From the IMG/VR virus record IMGVR_UViG_3300043443_000324, positions 1-58,454 of that record: a stretch of 58,454 bases of DNA, one strand, 5' to 3'. A program made the translations under genes and the position numbers. Origin of the DNA: a virus (Duplodnaviria > Caudoviricetes). The notes under the pieces are model-generated. The model was not told the DNA's origin, searched no databases, and saw only the letters and a list, made by a program, of their open reading frames with translations. Every line of letters starts with the position of its first letter. The stretch's first letter is position 1. Below are positions 8,940 through 18,089 of the stretch, in pieces.

Positions 8940-9595
8940 GCGCAATTCCACCCAAAAATCTTTACGGTCCCAGCCGTGAAGTTGTTGAGGTCGTTCCCCC
9001 TAATGCGAATTGCGTTAATCCCCCCAACATTGCGAAGGCCGTTTATCGAACCCGCTACGTTCTGTAAGTCGCCATTATCAGTTCTACCACCGGGGCCGCT
9101 AAGCCCTATAGAATTGTCGCGCGTGTAGTTCATGATGGTTCCGCAGCCCGTCCAAGTGGGACCGGCAGTGGCGCTAGTCGCAAACAACAGAGCATCAGCA
9201 GTACTGTAAGAGCTACCATTATTGTTAGAGGTTCTCGCGCTAATCGGCATCCCCCCGTTTGTAATAAATCCGGTTAACTGAATATAAATATTATCATAAG
9301 TTTGAGGTATATTTGTGATGTTGATGGCCGTTACGCCAGTCGTAACTGTATACGTAGCAACCTCAACTAGCCCGATAGGATCGTAGCCCAGCGTAATTGA
9401 CCCCGCGCCGTTCGTAACCGTGATGCCCGCACCAGCAGTCAGCGTAGCCTTGGTGAGCGCGCTGTTAGTGCTGTTGCCGATCAGCAGTTGGCCGTTGGTG
9501 TAGCCGGTCTGGCCGGTGCCCCCGTTGCCGACAGGCAACGTGCCGTTAGCCGCCGCAAGGTTTACCGGGGGGATGAGACTAGACAAGGCGACCAT
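8936..9595 (-). CDS. Tail fibre protein with AT-richer distal part
   Basis: GTLPVGNGGTG, GQLLIGN, KATLTAGAGITVTNGAGSIT fibre motifs. Confidence 0.75.
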   Translation of the reverse strand: MVALSSLIPPVNLAAANGTLPVGNGGTGQTGYTNGQLLIGNSTNSALTKATLTAGAGITVTNGAGSITLGYDPIGLVEVATYTVTTGVTAINITNIPQTYDNIYIQLTGFITNGGMPISARTSNNNGSSYSTADALLFATSATAGPTWTGCGTIMNYTRDNSIGLSGPGGRTDNGDLQNVAGSINGLRNVGGINAIRIRGNDLNNFTAGTVKIFGWNCA

Positions 9596-9598
9596 GGA

Positions 9599-9937
9599 TT
9601 ACGCTCCCGGCTCCGCAGGCCATGTAATGTTGAACGGGTCAGGCTGCGCGGTGATGTCGCGCAGGGCTTGGCGGTAGGCGCGCTGCGCGTCGCGGATGAT
9701 ACCGCCCGTCTCAGCGGCCTTCATGACCCACCAGTCCGTTGCCGCGAGGCGGGCGTTGCGCTCTGCGCGGACTGCAGCCCACTGCGCGTCATAGTCAGGC
9801 GCGGGAGGCGTGAACTCGCCATCAACGTAATCGTCGCCAATTCGCGCGGTGTCGCTGGCGATCCATGCCGGGGTTAGCGGCTCATCCGCCAGTGCCACGT
9901 TAACGACCTTGCCGTTCTCAATGATTGCGTATCGCAT
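9599..9937 (-). CDS. Tail fibre assembly chaperone (paralog of 8676..8939)
   Basis: PDYDAQWAAVRAERNARLAATDW...YRQALRDITAQPDPFNITWP. Confidence 0.85.
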   Translation of the reverse strand: MRYAIIENGKVVNVALADEPLTPAWIASDTARIGDDYVDGEFTPPAPDYDAQWAAVRAERNARLAATDWWVMKAAETGGIIRDAQRAYRQALRDITAQPDPFNITWPAEPGA

Positions 9938-9947
9938 GGCCTATCCT

Positions 9948-11603
9948 TTACCAGCTATAGACGCGGCAGAAGCCCGCGCCGCCAGCACCGCCATCGCCTG
10001 AAAGAAAGCCCGTTACCGATGCGCCGCCGCCACCGCCACCGCCAGCAATTCCGCCGGAGCCTCCCGCCCGGGCGGGCGAAGACCCAATGTTGTTGCCACT
10101 TCCCCCTCCGCCGCCGCCCATGCCGATGGCGGTCCCATTTCCGCCTGCGATGCCCTGAGTACCCCCTGCGCCACCACCGCCAGTTTTCCCGACATTGTAG
10201 CCGCCTGCAAAAGCCGCCTGCGAAGCGTTAGCGCTCGTCAGCGCGCCACCGCCACCGCCACCGCCACCGCCTTGGTAGGAGCAGCCCGCCGCCGAGGTGC
10301 CAGCGACTACGCCACTGCTGCCGGAGCCGCCACCAAAGCCTGAGGCTTGAGCAGTGAAAGACGTGCTATCAAAGTAGGCACCGCCGAACTGCTGGCTGGA
10401 GGAGGAGGTGGTCCCAACAAGTGCAGGTTCGCCTGTCGCGTTCCCTGCGGAGAGAACACCCCCGCCGCGACCGGGGGTCTGCGCCGTGGTCCCCCCAGCC
10501 GCGCCGCCGTAAGCGACTAGTTTGCTGCCGAAAGATGAGTTCCCGCCATCTACGCCAAGGGTGCCCGCCCCCGCCGTGCTTCGCCCCGCGCCCCCGGTTC
10601 CGCCCGCGCCAATCGTAACGGTTTCCGTAGCGCTTAAGTCAGAGGCCTTGAACAGCCGATACGCATACGCGCCGCCGCCACCGCCCATACCCCCAGAGCG
10701 ATTGGTCGCGGAAGCGCCACAAGCGCCCGCACCGCCGCCGCCACCAGCGCCCCAGCATTCAACCATGACGAAGGTCGCGCCGGAAGGCTTCGTCCAAGTG
10801 CCGGATGAGGTGAACTCTTGCAGGTTGGCAGTCGCGGGAAGCGCCGACGAGGTCCACGCCGTGCCGTTGCTGGTCAGCACATTGCCAGAAGTGCTGGGAG
10901 ACACCCCTGTGACAGGCGAGGTGCCATTGCCCACCAGCACCGCGTTCGCGGTAAGGGTAGACGCGCCCGTGCCCCCGTTGGGCACGGACAGGAGGCCGCC
11001 GCCAGCCCCGCCAGCTTGCGCAAATACGTCCCACGTCGTGCCGCTGTAGACGAGCTGCACGCTGACGCCAGAGATGTCGCACACGAGGTCAGATGCGCTG
11101 CCCTCAATCGTGGAGCCGTTCCGCGCGATAGTCAGGTTGTTCGTGGCCCAAGAGTTGGCGCTGTCCACGACAACGACCTGATCGCCAACTGCCGGGGACG
11201 CCGGGAGGGTGACCGTAAATGCGCCCCCACTCGTGTTTGTCTGGACACCGTCGAAGACCGCAGCCGCGTAGTTCGAGGTCTTGACCGGGGTGTACAGCAC
11301 GCCCACGCGTTCTGCGGGCAGCGTGACGAAGACGTCCTTGGTGCCAGCGGAGAACGGGACCAGCGCACCCGCGTTGCTGCTCTCAAGCACCGTGTCGCGC
11401 GACAGCGTCGGCCCGGTCGAGGAGTAGGTGCCGATGCCGACTTCCCACTCGTTGCTGCCGGAGATCGTGTAGTAGGTCGTGTTCCCGTTGCCGATGGCCG
11501 AGAAGTTCTGGAACCCAGTCGGCGCGGTGCCGCTGAGTGTGACCGTTCCGGTGCCCGCCGTCGTAGTCGTGTCGCGGACGCGGTCTTTTAGAACAAGCGC
11601 CAT
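9948..11603 (-). CDS. Tail fibre protein with glycine-rich distal domain
   Basis: MALVLKDRVRDTTTTAGTG anchor; FTVTLPASPAVGD; FTSSGTWTKP..GAGGGGG. Confidence 0.8.
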   Translation of the reverse strand: MALVLKDRVRDTTTTAGTGTVTLSGTAPTGFQNFSAIGNGNTTYYTISGSNEWEVGIGTYSSTGPTLSRDTVLESSNAGALVPFSAGTKDVFVTLPAERVGVLYTPVKTSNYAAAVFDGVQTNTSGGAFTVTLPASPAVGDQVVVVDSANSWATNNLTIARNGSTIEGSASDLVCDISGVSVQLVYSGTTWDVFAQAGGAGGGLLSVPNGGTGASTLTANAVLVGNGTSPVTGVSPSTSGNVLTSNGTAWTSSALPATANLQEFTSSGTWTKPSGATFVMVECWGAGGGGGAGACGASATNRSGGMGGGGGAYAYRLFKASDLSATETVTIGAGGTGGAGRSTAGAGTLGVDGGNSSFGSKLVAYGGAAGGTTAQTPGRGGGVLSAGNATGEPALVGTTSSSSQQFGGAYFDSTSFTAQASGFGGGSGSSGVVAGTSAAGCSYQGGGGGGGGGALTSANASQAAFAGGYNVGKTGGGGAGGTQGIAGGNGTAIGMGGGGGGSGNNIGSSPARAGGSGGIAGGGGGGGASVTGFLSGDGGAGGAGFCRVYSW

Positions 11604-11626
11604 GCTTCGCTCCTACGTAGTATTAC

Positions 11627-12028
11627 TTACAGCGCAAAGATGCCCGATGCGTTCCAAGCAATCGCGATGTCGCCGCCGTTCGGCGTCACCGGCAGGTTGG
11701 TCACGCCCGTGTCGATGAAGGCCACCAGCGGCGACGTCGCGGCGTTGCCCGTGTCGATGTAGATCACGAGCGACACGACCTGCGAGCCGGAGACCGAGGT
11801 GTAGAGCACGTCTGCCGCGTCGAACACGCCGTTGGTGAAGGTCTTCGACCCCAGCGTCTGCGGGGTGCCGACGACAGACGCGGTGACGCTGCTGTAGTAC
11901 TGGTCCGAGGACGAGTACGTGTAGCCCGCAGTCACCAGCGCCACCTTGACGGTCTGCCCGTCGAGGTCGTTGTTCGCGGTGAACTCTAGGAGAGCCTGCT
12001 TCCACTTGGGGTAGAGGGCATTTGCCAC
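11627..12028 (-). CDS. Virion structural protein
   Basis: MANALYPKWK, GVFDAADV, LPVTPNGGDI..WNASGIF; SD upstream. Confidence 0.7.
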   Translation of the reverse strand: MANALYPKWKQALLEFTANNDLDGQTVKVALVTAGYTYSSSDQYYSSVTASVVGTPQTLGSKTFTNGVFDAADVLYTSVSGSQVVSLVIYIDTGNAATSPLVAFIDTGVTNLPVTPNGGDIAIAWNASGIFAL

Positions 12029-12042
12029 GGTCTAGTCTCCTG

Positions 12043-12642
12043 TCAGCACTTCTTGCCGGGCATGACGGCGAGGCCGCCGCCCTTGCGGCGCATGGGCATC
12101 TCACCGCGCTGCGAGGGCAGCGTGGTCAGCTTCTCCATAAGCGGGTTGCGGATCATCGGCTCGCGCACGTCGCGCTGCTGCACCATGCGGCGCTCGCTGA
12201 CGGCCTCACGCGTGCGCGGCGTCACCTTGCGGCTCTCGCGGGCCTCACGCATGAGCTTGGCCTCCTCACGAGCCTCGAGGCCCTGCATGCGGTTGCCACG
12301 CGCCACGGCGGCCTGCTCGCGGCGCTCCTCGTCCGTCATGCCGACCTTGACCGGACGCGCCGAGATGCCCTCGCGCATCATGCGGCCGCCCTCGTTCTTC
12401 TTGACCGGAACCTTGGCACCAGCGCCGCGCGCCTCGCTGAGAGCGATGGCGATGGCCTGCTTGGGGTTCTTGACCTCGGGGCCTTTCTTCGAGCCGCTGT
12501 GCAGCTCGCCGCGCTTGAACTCGCCCATGACCTTGGCGATCTTCGCCGCGCCCTTGGCCTGCCCGCCCTTGGCGTAACCCTCGCACGCGCCGCCCTTCAT
12601 GTACTGGACGCGGGTGCTGTTCTTGAAACCGTCCATGCTCAC
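12043..12642 (-). CDS. Basic head-region protein with DUF6496-like core and several xxGG motifs
   Basis: KIAKVMGEFKRGELHSGSKKGPEVKNPKQAIAIALSEAR; YMKGG, YAKGG, NEGG, KGGGLAV. Confidence 0.75.
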   Translation of the reverse strand: MSMDGFKNSTRVQYMKGGACEGYAKGGQAKGAAKIAKVMGEFKRGELHSGSKKGPEVKNPKQAIAIALSEARGAGAKVPVKKNEGGRMMREGISARPVKVGMTDEERREQAAVARGNRMQGLEAREEAKLMREARESRKVTPRTREAVSERRMVQQRDVREPMIRNPLMEKLTTLPSQRGEMPMRRKGGGLAVMPGKKC

Positions 12643-12803
12643 TTGCCTTTCTTGCGCGCCGCGAAGGCGTTATCTACCAGATTTGGATAGGGTCGGCCAG
12701 CGGCCTTCGCGCGGCGCTTTGCCGCAGCCTTGCGCTTTACCGAGAGGCTCTTGGGCTTCTGCCCCTCGGGCCTCGGCTTGTCCCAGAACGGCTTGTCGGC
12801 CAT
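12639..12803 (-). CDS. Small basic protein (54 aa)
   Basis: ATG at 12803, MADKPFWDKP...AAGRPYPNLVDN. Confidence 0.7.
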   Translation of the reverse strand: MADKPFWDKPRPEGQKPKSLSVKRKAAAKRRAKAAGRPYPNLVDNAFAARKKGK

Positions 12804-12805
12804 GT

Positions 12806-13102
12806 TCAGCAATCCCACTTGCGCAGAGACAGGGCCTTGCGCGTCGGGCGGCCCTTCTCGTCCTTCATCGGCCCCGGCATCCCAGACATCCGGGCGCAAA
12901 ATGACTTGCGTCGGGCGGCGGCCTTGGGCGACTTCTTCGCCTGCTTGGCGCTGACGGGCGGCTTGATGTCGTGGCCCTGCGCGCGCAGCGACGCCCTGCC
13001 CTTGGCGTTCAGGCCGCCCTCTGGGTTCTGGCCCTCCTTGCGCGTCCAAGCGCCGCCGCCCTTGGCGTAGCGCTTGACGCTGAAGTCGGAGCAGCCAGCC
13101 AT
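12806..13102 (-). CDS. Small basic protein (DUF6321-like)
   Basis: WTRKEGQNPEGGLNAKGRAS...RRKSFCARMSG...SLRKWDC. Confidence 0.75.
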   Translation of the reverse strand: MAGCSDFSVKRYAKGGGAWTRKEGQNPEGGLNAKGRASLRAQGHDIKPPVSAKQAKKSPKAAARRKSFCARMSGMPGPMKDEKGRPTRKALSLRKWDC

Positions 13103-13103
13103 A

Positions 13104-13508
13104 TCAGTCGGCGTAGGACTTCACCATCTCGAGCACGATGCTGTAGGTGTCCCCAGCCGATGCCCCGATGGTGGTGAAGAGGATGTCGCCGGTCTTGCCC
13201 GTGCTCGCGTTGTTCGGGAGCTGGATGCGCTTGCCGTGGTCGAAGGTGTACATCCCCGGCGCGAGAATGACCGCAGGGACGTCCGTATTCGCGTCCCACA
13301 GGAGCGAGACCGACATGCCGTTGATGGAGGCGTGGATGCGGTCGAGGGAGACCCCGTCGCAAGCCTTGCCGAAGGCGCTCGGGTTGAGCGCGGAGACGTC
13401 GACCTTCAGCACTGCGGTTTCGCCGGTGCCGTCGGAGACGTTCGTGAACTTCATGACGACTTCACGTTCGCCGTCGAAGATGGTCTGCGAGGTGACTACG
13501 TCAGCCAT
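13104..13508 (-). CDS. Virion structural protein
   Basis: MADVVTSQTIFDG..VMKFTNVSDGTGE..VLKVDVS; TGDILFTT; SD AGGAG. Confidence 0.7.
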   Translation of the reverse strand: MADVVTSQTIFDGEREVVMKFTNVSDGTGETAVLKVDVSALNPSAFGKACDGVSLDRIHASINGMSVSLLWDANTDVPAVILAPGMYTFDHGKRIQLPNNASTGKTGDILFTTIGASAGDTYSIVLEMVKSYAD

Positions 13509-13528
13509 GCGAAACTCCTATAAGGTGG

Positions 13529-13566
13529 GAGGCGGATCGGACAAGGCCCCCGGCCCGATCCGCCTC
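13529..13566 (-). terminator. Strong intergenic hairpin (terminator or processing site)
   Basis: GAGGCGGATCGG / CCGATCCGCCTC inverted repeat; no clear U-tract. Confidence 0.45.
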
Positions 13567-13577
13567 ACCGGACTGCA

Positions 13578-14276
13578 TCAACGTTCCTTGGCGACGTAGA
13601 TGTAGTCGAGGGTCATGGTCTTGGCCACCGCTTCGCCGTTCTGGATGGCGAAGCTGACGGTGCAGGTGGTGTCGGGCAGGTAGGACGAGGAGGCGTCCAG
13701 CGAGCCGACCACGTTGCCGTTGACCTCGTAGTAGACCTTGCCTTCGCCGTCGTAGGCGAAGCCCAGTTCGATGAAGGTGTCGTTGGCCAGCGTCGCAATC
13801 GACGAGGCCGACGTCGAGCCGGTGGAGGCGTTCTTGCGGCAGACCACGCTGATGGCGGTCGAGCCGTCGGCTTTCAGGAAGTAGACGCCGTCGGTGACGT
13901 CCAGCGGCGTGGTGTCGACGACCTGCAGGCCGATGACGACGTCCGACTGTGTGGCATCCGACACCTTGAAGCGGCAGCGGAAGAAGGTCTTCTTGCCAGC
14001 GGTGAAGGTGAAGGCCGCCGGGTTCTTCTGCAGCGCGACGAGGTCGTCGTCGGCGGCGGTGTTGGTCACCAGCAGCAGACCACCGTCACCGGCAGTCAGA
14101 GCCTGCGTGGCACCCGCGTCGGTCTCCGTGACAGTCCAGTCACCGGCGGTGTAGGTGTCAAAGTCGTCGAAGAAGGTGTGGAACTTGGTCGGGTCCGGCT
14201 GGACCATATCGGCGAAGAGCGCATTGTCCGCGACGTTCGTGACGCCGTTCGGGAAGCGAGTGACAAGATTGCCCAT
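13578..14276 (-). CDS. Virion structural protein (lectin-like beta sandwich, possible head decoration)
   Basis: TRFPNGVTN, FFDDFD, beta-rich; in the capsid module. Confidence 0.65.
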   Translation of the reverse strand: MGNLVTRFPNGVTNVADNALFADMVQPDPTKFHTFFDDFDTYTAGDWTVTETDAGATQALTAGDGGLLLVTNTAADDDLVALQKNPAAFTFTAGKKTFFRCRFKVSDATQSDVVIGLQVVDTTPLDVTDGVYFLKADGSTAISVVCRKNASTGSTSASSIATLANDTFIELGFAYDGEGKVYYEVNGNVVGSLDASSSYLPDTTCTVSFAIQNGEAVAKTMTLDYIYVAKER

Positions 14277-14314
14277 GGGGTTAAATCCTCTGAGGTGGTG
14301 CTATAGCGCGTGCG

Positions 14315-14343
14315 ACCATACCACAGCGCCCGCGCTCTTGCTA
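14315..14343 (-). promoter_or_regulatory. Promoter TAGCAA-N17-TATGGT restarting transcription after the endonuclease
   Basis: Extended -10 TGTGG, intergenic position. Confidence 0.4.
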
Positions 14344-14348
14344 GAGGC

Positions 14349-14957
14349 TCATGCCTTGTGGCGTTTGAGGTAGCGGACGGCATTGTCCAACAGCTCGGGG
14401 CTGTCGTTGAAGAGGCCGAGGCCACGATTGCAGTTGCTGCACAGAAGCGCGCGAACAGCCCCCGTGGTGTGATCGTGGTCTATGGCAAGGTCTCTGATCT
14501 TACCCGAAGCCTTGTCCGGCGCGCGTTCCGGGCAGCCGCAGATGGCGCACACGCCGCCCTGCGCCTTCAGCATCTCTTGGTAGCGGTCGGCGTTGATGCC
14601 AGCGGACTTCCATTTGCGCTGTTTCGCGTAATGAGCGTGACACAGACCCTTGGCATAGACATGGCTGTCGCATGTTCCGATCAAGCACGGCTTAGGGGGC
14701 GTTTTGCGGTCGCGGTATTTGGTGTGGCCGTGCCGCAGCAGCCGCTGGTAGTGCATCTTGCACAGGTTTTTGGCCTTGACCGGCTCGTGGCAACCATCTT
14801 CGGCGCACTCTTCCGGCTTGACGCTGACCCGGCTCTTGATCGGGCCGACCGGCGTCGCGCCCCGTTTGAACTGCATGTAGTGCGTCTGGCAGTAGCCGCG
14901 AGCTTTGTGGGGCCTATCGCAACCCGCCATCGTGCAGGTGCTGTGTTGCTTACGCAT
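14349..14957 (-). CDS. Free-standing endonuclease VII-type (HNH) homing endonuclease with three N-terminal Cys/His repeats
   Basis: 3x C-x4-C...(LC/YC)xxHY; QGGVCAICG, LAIDHDHTTGAVRALLCSNCNRGLG. Confidence 0.85.
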   Translation of the reverse strand: MRKQHSTCTMAGCDRPHKARGYCQTHYMQFKRGATPVGPIKSRVSVKPEECAEDGCHEPVKAKNLCKMHYQRLLRHGHTKYRDRKTPPKPCLIGTCDSHVYAKGLCHAHYAKQRKWKSAGINADRYQEMLKAQGGVCAICGCPERAPDKASGKIRDLAIDHDHTTGAVRALLCSNCNRGLGLFNDSPELLDNAVRYLKRHKA

Positions 14958-15017
14958 AAAAAGAACCTCCTCCGGTAGCTAGGCTTGTATCCTAGTGCCG
15001 GAGGAGGTCTCTTGCAA
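14958..15017 (-). promoter_or_regulatory. Capsid-gene terminator hairpin that also occludes the endonuclease SD and contains a promoter
   Basis: 14965-14975 pairs with 14998-15008, U-tract before ATG; TTGCAA(15017-12)-N17-TAGGAT(14994-89). Confidence 0.65.
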
Positions 15018-15049
15018 GTCAGATAAAATCGTTAGATTTTAGCGACTTA

Positions 15050-15964
15050 TCACAGGCCGGGTGTACCGTATACGCCACGGGGGTCAGTCCATCCGAACGC
15101 ATAGCGTTCCGTCGCCTTGTAGCGCATGGAGTCGGTTTCGAAATCGCCTTCCATGCTCTTTTCCAGACCGCGACGCATGGCCAGCTTCAGACCTTCCGGC
15201 GCGTCGGTCTCAATCCACCACGCGGTGGTCGAGGTGATACGCGACAGGTTGGCCTGACCGCCGTCCAGCAGCCCCATCGACTTGACGGGGTTGATGTCGT
15301 TGTTGGCGGTGCCAGCACGCAGGGCCGACTTGAGCAGCACTTCGGCCTGAAACACGTTCGAAGGACCGGAAACGATCTTCTTCGGCGTCAGGCGGATGCG
15401 CTTGCCGTTGTTGTCCACGGCGTTCCTGATCTGGATCAGGAGCTGTTCCAGCGAGGTCTGCGACAGGTTGGCTGCCGTGGTCAGTTCGTTGGAGAAGGTG
15501 CCGTTGGCAATCGGGTGGTCGGTCGCAACCAGTTCCTTGCCGTCGCCGCCAACATAGCTGGCGTTGAAGGCGCGGTTCAGGATGTTCGCACCAAGGGTTT
15601 CCTTGGTTTCGATCAGCGACTGGGCGAGGTGACGCGCATAGGTCTGGCCGATGCGGATGTGGTCACCGTCTTCGACGAGCACCTTCGTCAGCGCGAACGC
15701 GAGACCGTAGACACGGTACACGTAGCGCTGGATGAAGAGCACGCCACCCGACTGGTAGGTGACCGGCATGCCGTCCGGCAGTTCGGGCGCGGCACCGAAG
15801 CCATAGAGCACAGGCTCTTCGTGGTAGTTCCGGGGGATGCCCTTGAACTCCTTGAAGACCTGCGACCACTCGTCGGCGCGCTGGTCGTAGATGCCGTTGA
15901 ACTCTTCGTTCAGGATCGGCTCAACGATGGAGCGGAAGTCAGTACTCCGCATGGGGGTAGCCAT
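15050..15964 (-). CDS. Major capsid protein
   Basis: 304 aa, GFGAAP..PDG..VTY, GDFETDSMRYKATERYAFGWTDPRG; position after scaffold. Confidence 0.9.
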   Translation of the reverse strand: MATPMRSTDFRSIVEPILNEEFNGIYDQRADEWSQVFKEFKGIPRNYHEEPVLYGFGAAPELPDGMPVTYQSGGVLFIQRYVYRVYGLAFALTKVLVEDGDHIRIGQTYARHLAQSLIETKETLGANILNRAFNASYVGGDGKELVATDHPIANGTFSNELTTAANLSQTSLEQLLIQIRNAVDNNGKRIRLTPKKIVSGPSNVFQAEVLLKSALRAGTANNDINPVKSMGLLDGGQANLSRITSTTAWWIETDAPEGLKLAMRRGLEKSMEGDFETDSMRYKATERYAFGWTDPRGVYGTPGL

Positions 15965-15978
15965 TGCTCAAGCCCTCC

Positions 15979-16527
15979 TTAATAGTCGGCGATGTCAGCA
16001 ACGTTCTGGTGTTCAGAAATCTGAACCTGAACGATGACGTAGGTGTCGCCCCAAGCGTTGTTCGGACCCGGCGTGATGCCGATGACACGGAACGAAGCGT
16101 TGTTGGCGAGCGAGGCGACGTCGAGCATCTGCGAAGAGCGGCCGGTCGTGGTGTTGCCCGAGGCAGCGGTGAAGTCATACTGACCACCGATGGTCGTGGC
16201 GTCCATGGCCGCGTTGCTCTGGATTTCGTAGACGATGCTCGGGTCCAGCGTGGCGTAGGCAACAATGTTGGTGGCACCCGACTGGGCGGTCCACTTGTTG
16301 CTGACGCGGTGACGGCCATCGCTGTCGTCCCACTCAACACCTTGGAAGGTGCCAATGAAGCGATCACCGACGCCTGCAGCTTCAAGATTGCCGTCGTTCA
16401 GCTTGACGGGCTGGTTCTGGTAGATGGTCGTCGCGTAGGCCGCCCCAATCGAGTAGGCAGTGGGACGAACCACGCCACTCGGAGAGTAGACCGGACGGAG
16501 ACCGAAAGGAGCCGAAGTCGAAGACAT
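15979..16527 (-). CDS. Capsid decoration/cement protein
   Basis: APFGLRPV, IGTFQGVEW, DPSIVYEIQ; directly upstream of MCP. Confidence 0.7.
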   Translation of the reverse strand: MSSTSAPFGLRPVYSPSGVVRPTAYSIGAAYATTIYQNQPVKLNDGNLEAAGVGDRFIGTFQGVEWDDSDGRHRVSNKWTAQSGATNIVAYATLDPSIVYEIQSNAAMDATTIGGQYDFTAASGNTTTGRSSQMLDVASLANNASFRVIGITPGPNNAWGDTYVIVQVQISEHQNVADIADY

Positions 16528-16562
16528 GGCTGGTACTCCTAAGAGGGTTGCGGGTCACCCCG

Positions 16563-17114
16563 TCAGTTGAAAATCCCCCGACGAGGCGTGTACTCACGCA
16601 TCTCCGACATGCCATCGCCTTCGTAGACCACGCTGCCAGCCCGCTCCGCCTGTTCGCGCATCATCTCCGCGACTTCGGCGAGCTTGTCCTCTTCACGCAG
16701 AGGTGCGTCGTGGTGAGCTTCCTGCATGAACTTCTCGTAGAGGCTCAAGGGCAGCTTAAACGCGAGCATCTCGTTCACCCCGATGAAGCCGGTCCATTCG
16801 CCCGTCTTCTGGGTGGCGTGGGCCATTCCGGGGACTTCCTCCGGCTTCACAGGCTCATAGCCGAGCTGCATGCGCCGGTGGATGGGGTCACGCGGATTGG
16901 TAGTGGTGAGCCAGCACATGTGATAGCCCGGAAGGTCCGGCAAATCAGGCAGTGCGTCATTGAACAACTGATTTCGGAACATCTCCAGTCGGTCGTCTTC
17001 GCTCATTTCCCGCGCCTCAGTGACCTGACGGTCCTGTCCGTGACGGGTAGCCTCGCGGCGACCAACAACGTCAAATTCCTGCTTCAGTCGGGCGTCTTCA
17101 GTAGCCTTAGTCAT
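16563..17114 (-). CDS. Conserved head-module protein
   Basis: PGYHMCWL, GYEPVKPEE, FIGVNEMLAFKLP; SD AAGGAG. Confidence 0.7.
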   Translation of the reverse strand: MTKATEDARLKQEFDVVGRREATRHGQDRQVTEAREMSEDDRLEMFRNQLFNDALPDLPDLPGYHMCWLTTTNPRDPIHRRMQLGYEPVKPEEVPGMAHATQKTGEWTGFIGVNEMLAFKLPLSLYEKFMQEAHHDAPLREEDKLAEVAEMMREQAERAGSVVYEGDGMSEMREYTPRRGIFN

Positions 17115-17131
17115 GTTGTCTCACTCCTTAA

Positions 17132-18061
17132 TCAGCGAGCCGAACCAGTGTCGTAGGCCTGATACGCCTTCAAATAGCGTTGACGCTGGACGGGGTCGTC
17201 CCACACGCCAGCCTCGATCATAGCCTGCTTTCGCTCGGGTGTCACGTAGATTTCTTTACGGGTATTGACGGGTGCGTGCTCACGCGTATTGCCCGTCGGC
17301 GGTGCCTTGCGGCGGGGTGTCTGGGACTTGGGCTGCGGGGCCTCGTCGGCGTCCTCGCCCAGAGCGTCGGCGACGCGCGCGGTCAGCTCCTCCCAGTACT
17401 CGCGCGACGCGGGATTGTAGCCCTCGCGCGCCAGTTCGTTGTCGATGGCCTTGGTCAGGGCGCTGTCGCGATCACGAGCCTGCGGGTCGTACCACGGGTT
17501 CGCCTCCATCCACTGCTTGGCGTAGTTGACCACGTTCGGGTCGACGGGCGGCGGGGCGTTGCGCGCGGCCTCGAACTGCTGCTTGGCGGCAGCGAGCTGG
17601 TTGGCCTGCGAGATGGCCTCGTCGCGGATGCGCATGGCGGCGACCACGTCGTTGCCGTTGCCCGCCTCCGTGGCGGCCGCGATGATGCGCTCCGCCTGCT
17701 GCACCTCGGCCTGCGCCTGTGCCAGCCGCTGCTCGAGCGTCTGTGCGTTGGCAGACGCGGCGTGGTTCTCCGTCGCAGCAACGCGGCTGGACAGCATGGC
17801 CACGGTGCGGCGCAGCTCCTCGATCTCCCGCTGCGCGGCCTCCTTGGCGCGCTTCTGGATTTCGCGGCGCTTGCGGCGGCGTTCACGGTTGCCAGAGGAC
17901 GTGACGTCCTCCTCGTGGTCGTCGTCGCTGGTGGAGAGGCGCTCGTCCTCCTCGTCGCCGTCGTCCTCGGCCTCGCCGGTCCTGCCGTCTTCGGGCGGCG
18001 TCTCGACGGGGATCAGTTCGTCGTCGGTGTTCTGGTCGTCGTTCTCAGTCAGGGTACTCAT
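17132..18061 (-). CDS. Capsid scaffolding protein
   Basis: Acidic N-terminus, long coiled coil, WMEANPWY; between portal and MCP. Confidence 0.75.
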   Translation of the reverse strand: MSTLTENDDQNTDDELIPVETPPEDGRTGEAEDDGDEEDERLSTSDDDHEEDVTSSGNRERRRKRREIQKRAKEAAQREIEELRRTVAMLSSRVAATENHAASANAQTLEQRLAQAQAEVQQAERIIAAATEAGNGNDVVAAMRIRDEAISQANQLAAAKQQFEAARNAPPPVDPNVVNYAKQWMEANPWYDPQARDRDSALTKAIDNELAREGYNPASREYWEELTARVADALGEDADEAPQPKSQTPRRKAPPTGNTREHAPVNTRKEIYVTPERKQAMIEAGVWDDPVQRQRYLKAYQAYDTGSAR

Positions 18062-18089
18062 GTGACCGGCTCCTTTCAGCCTTATCGAA

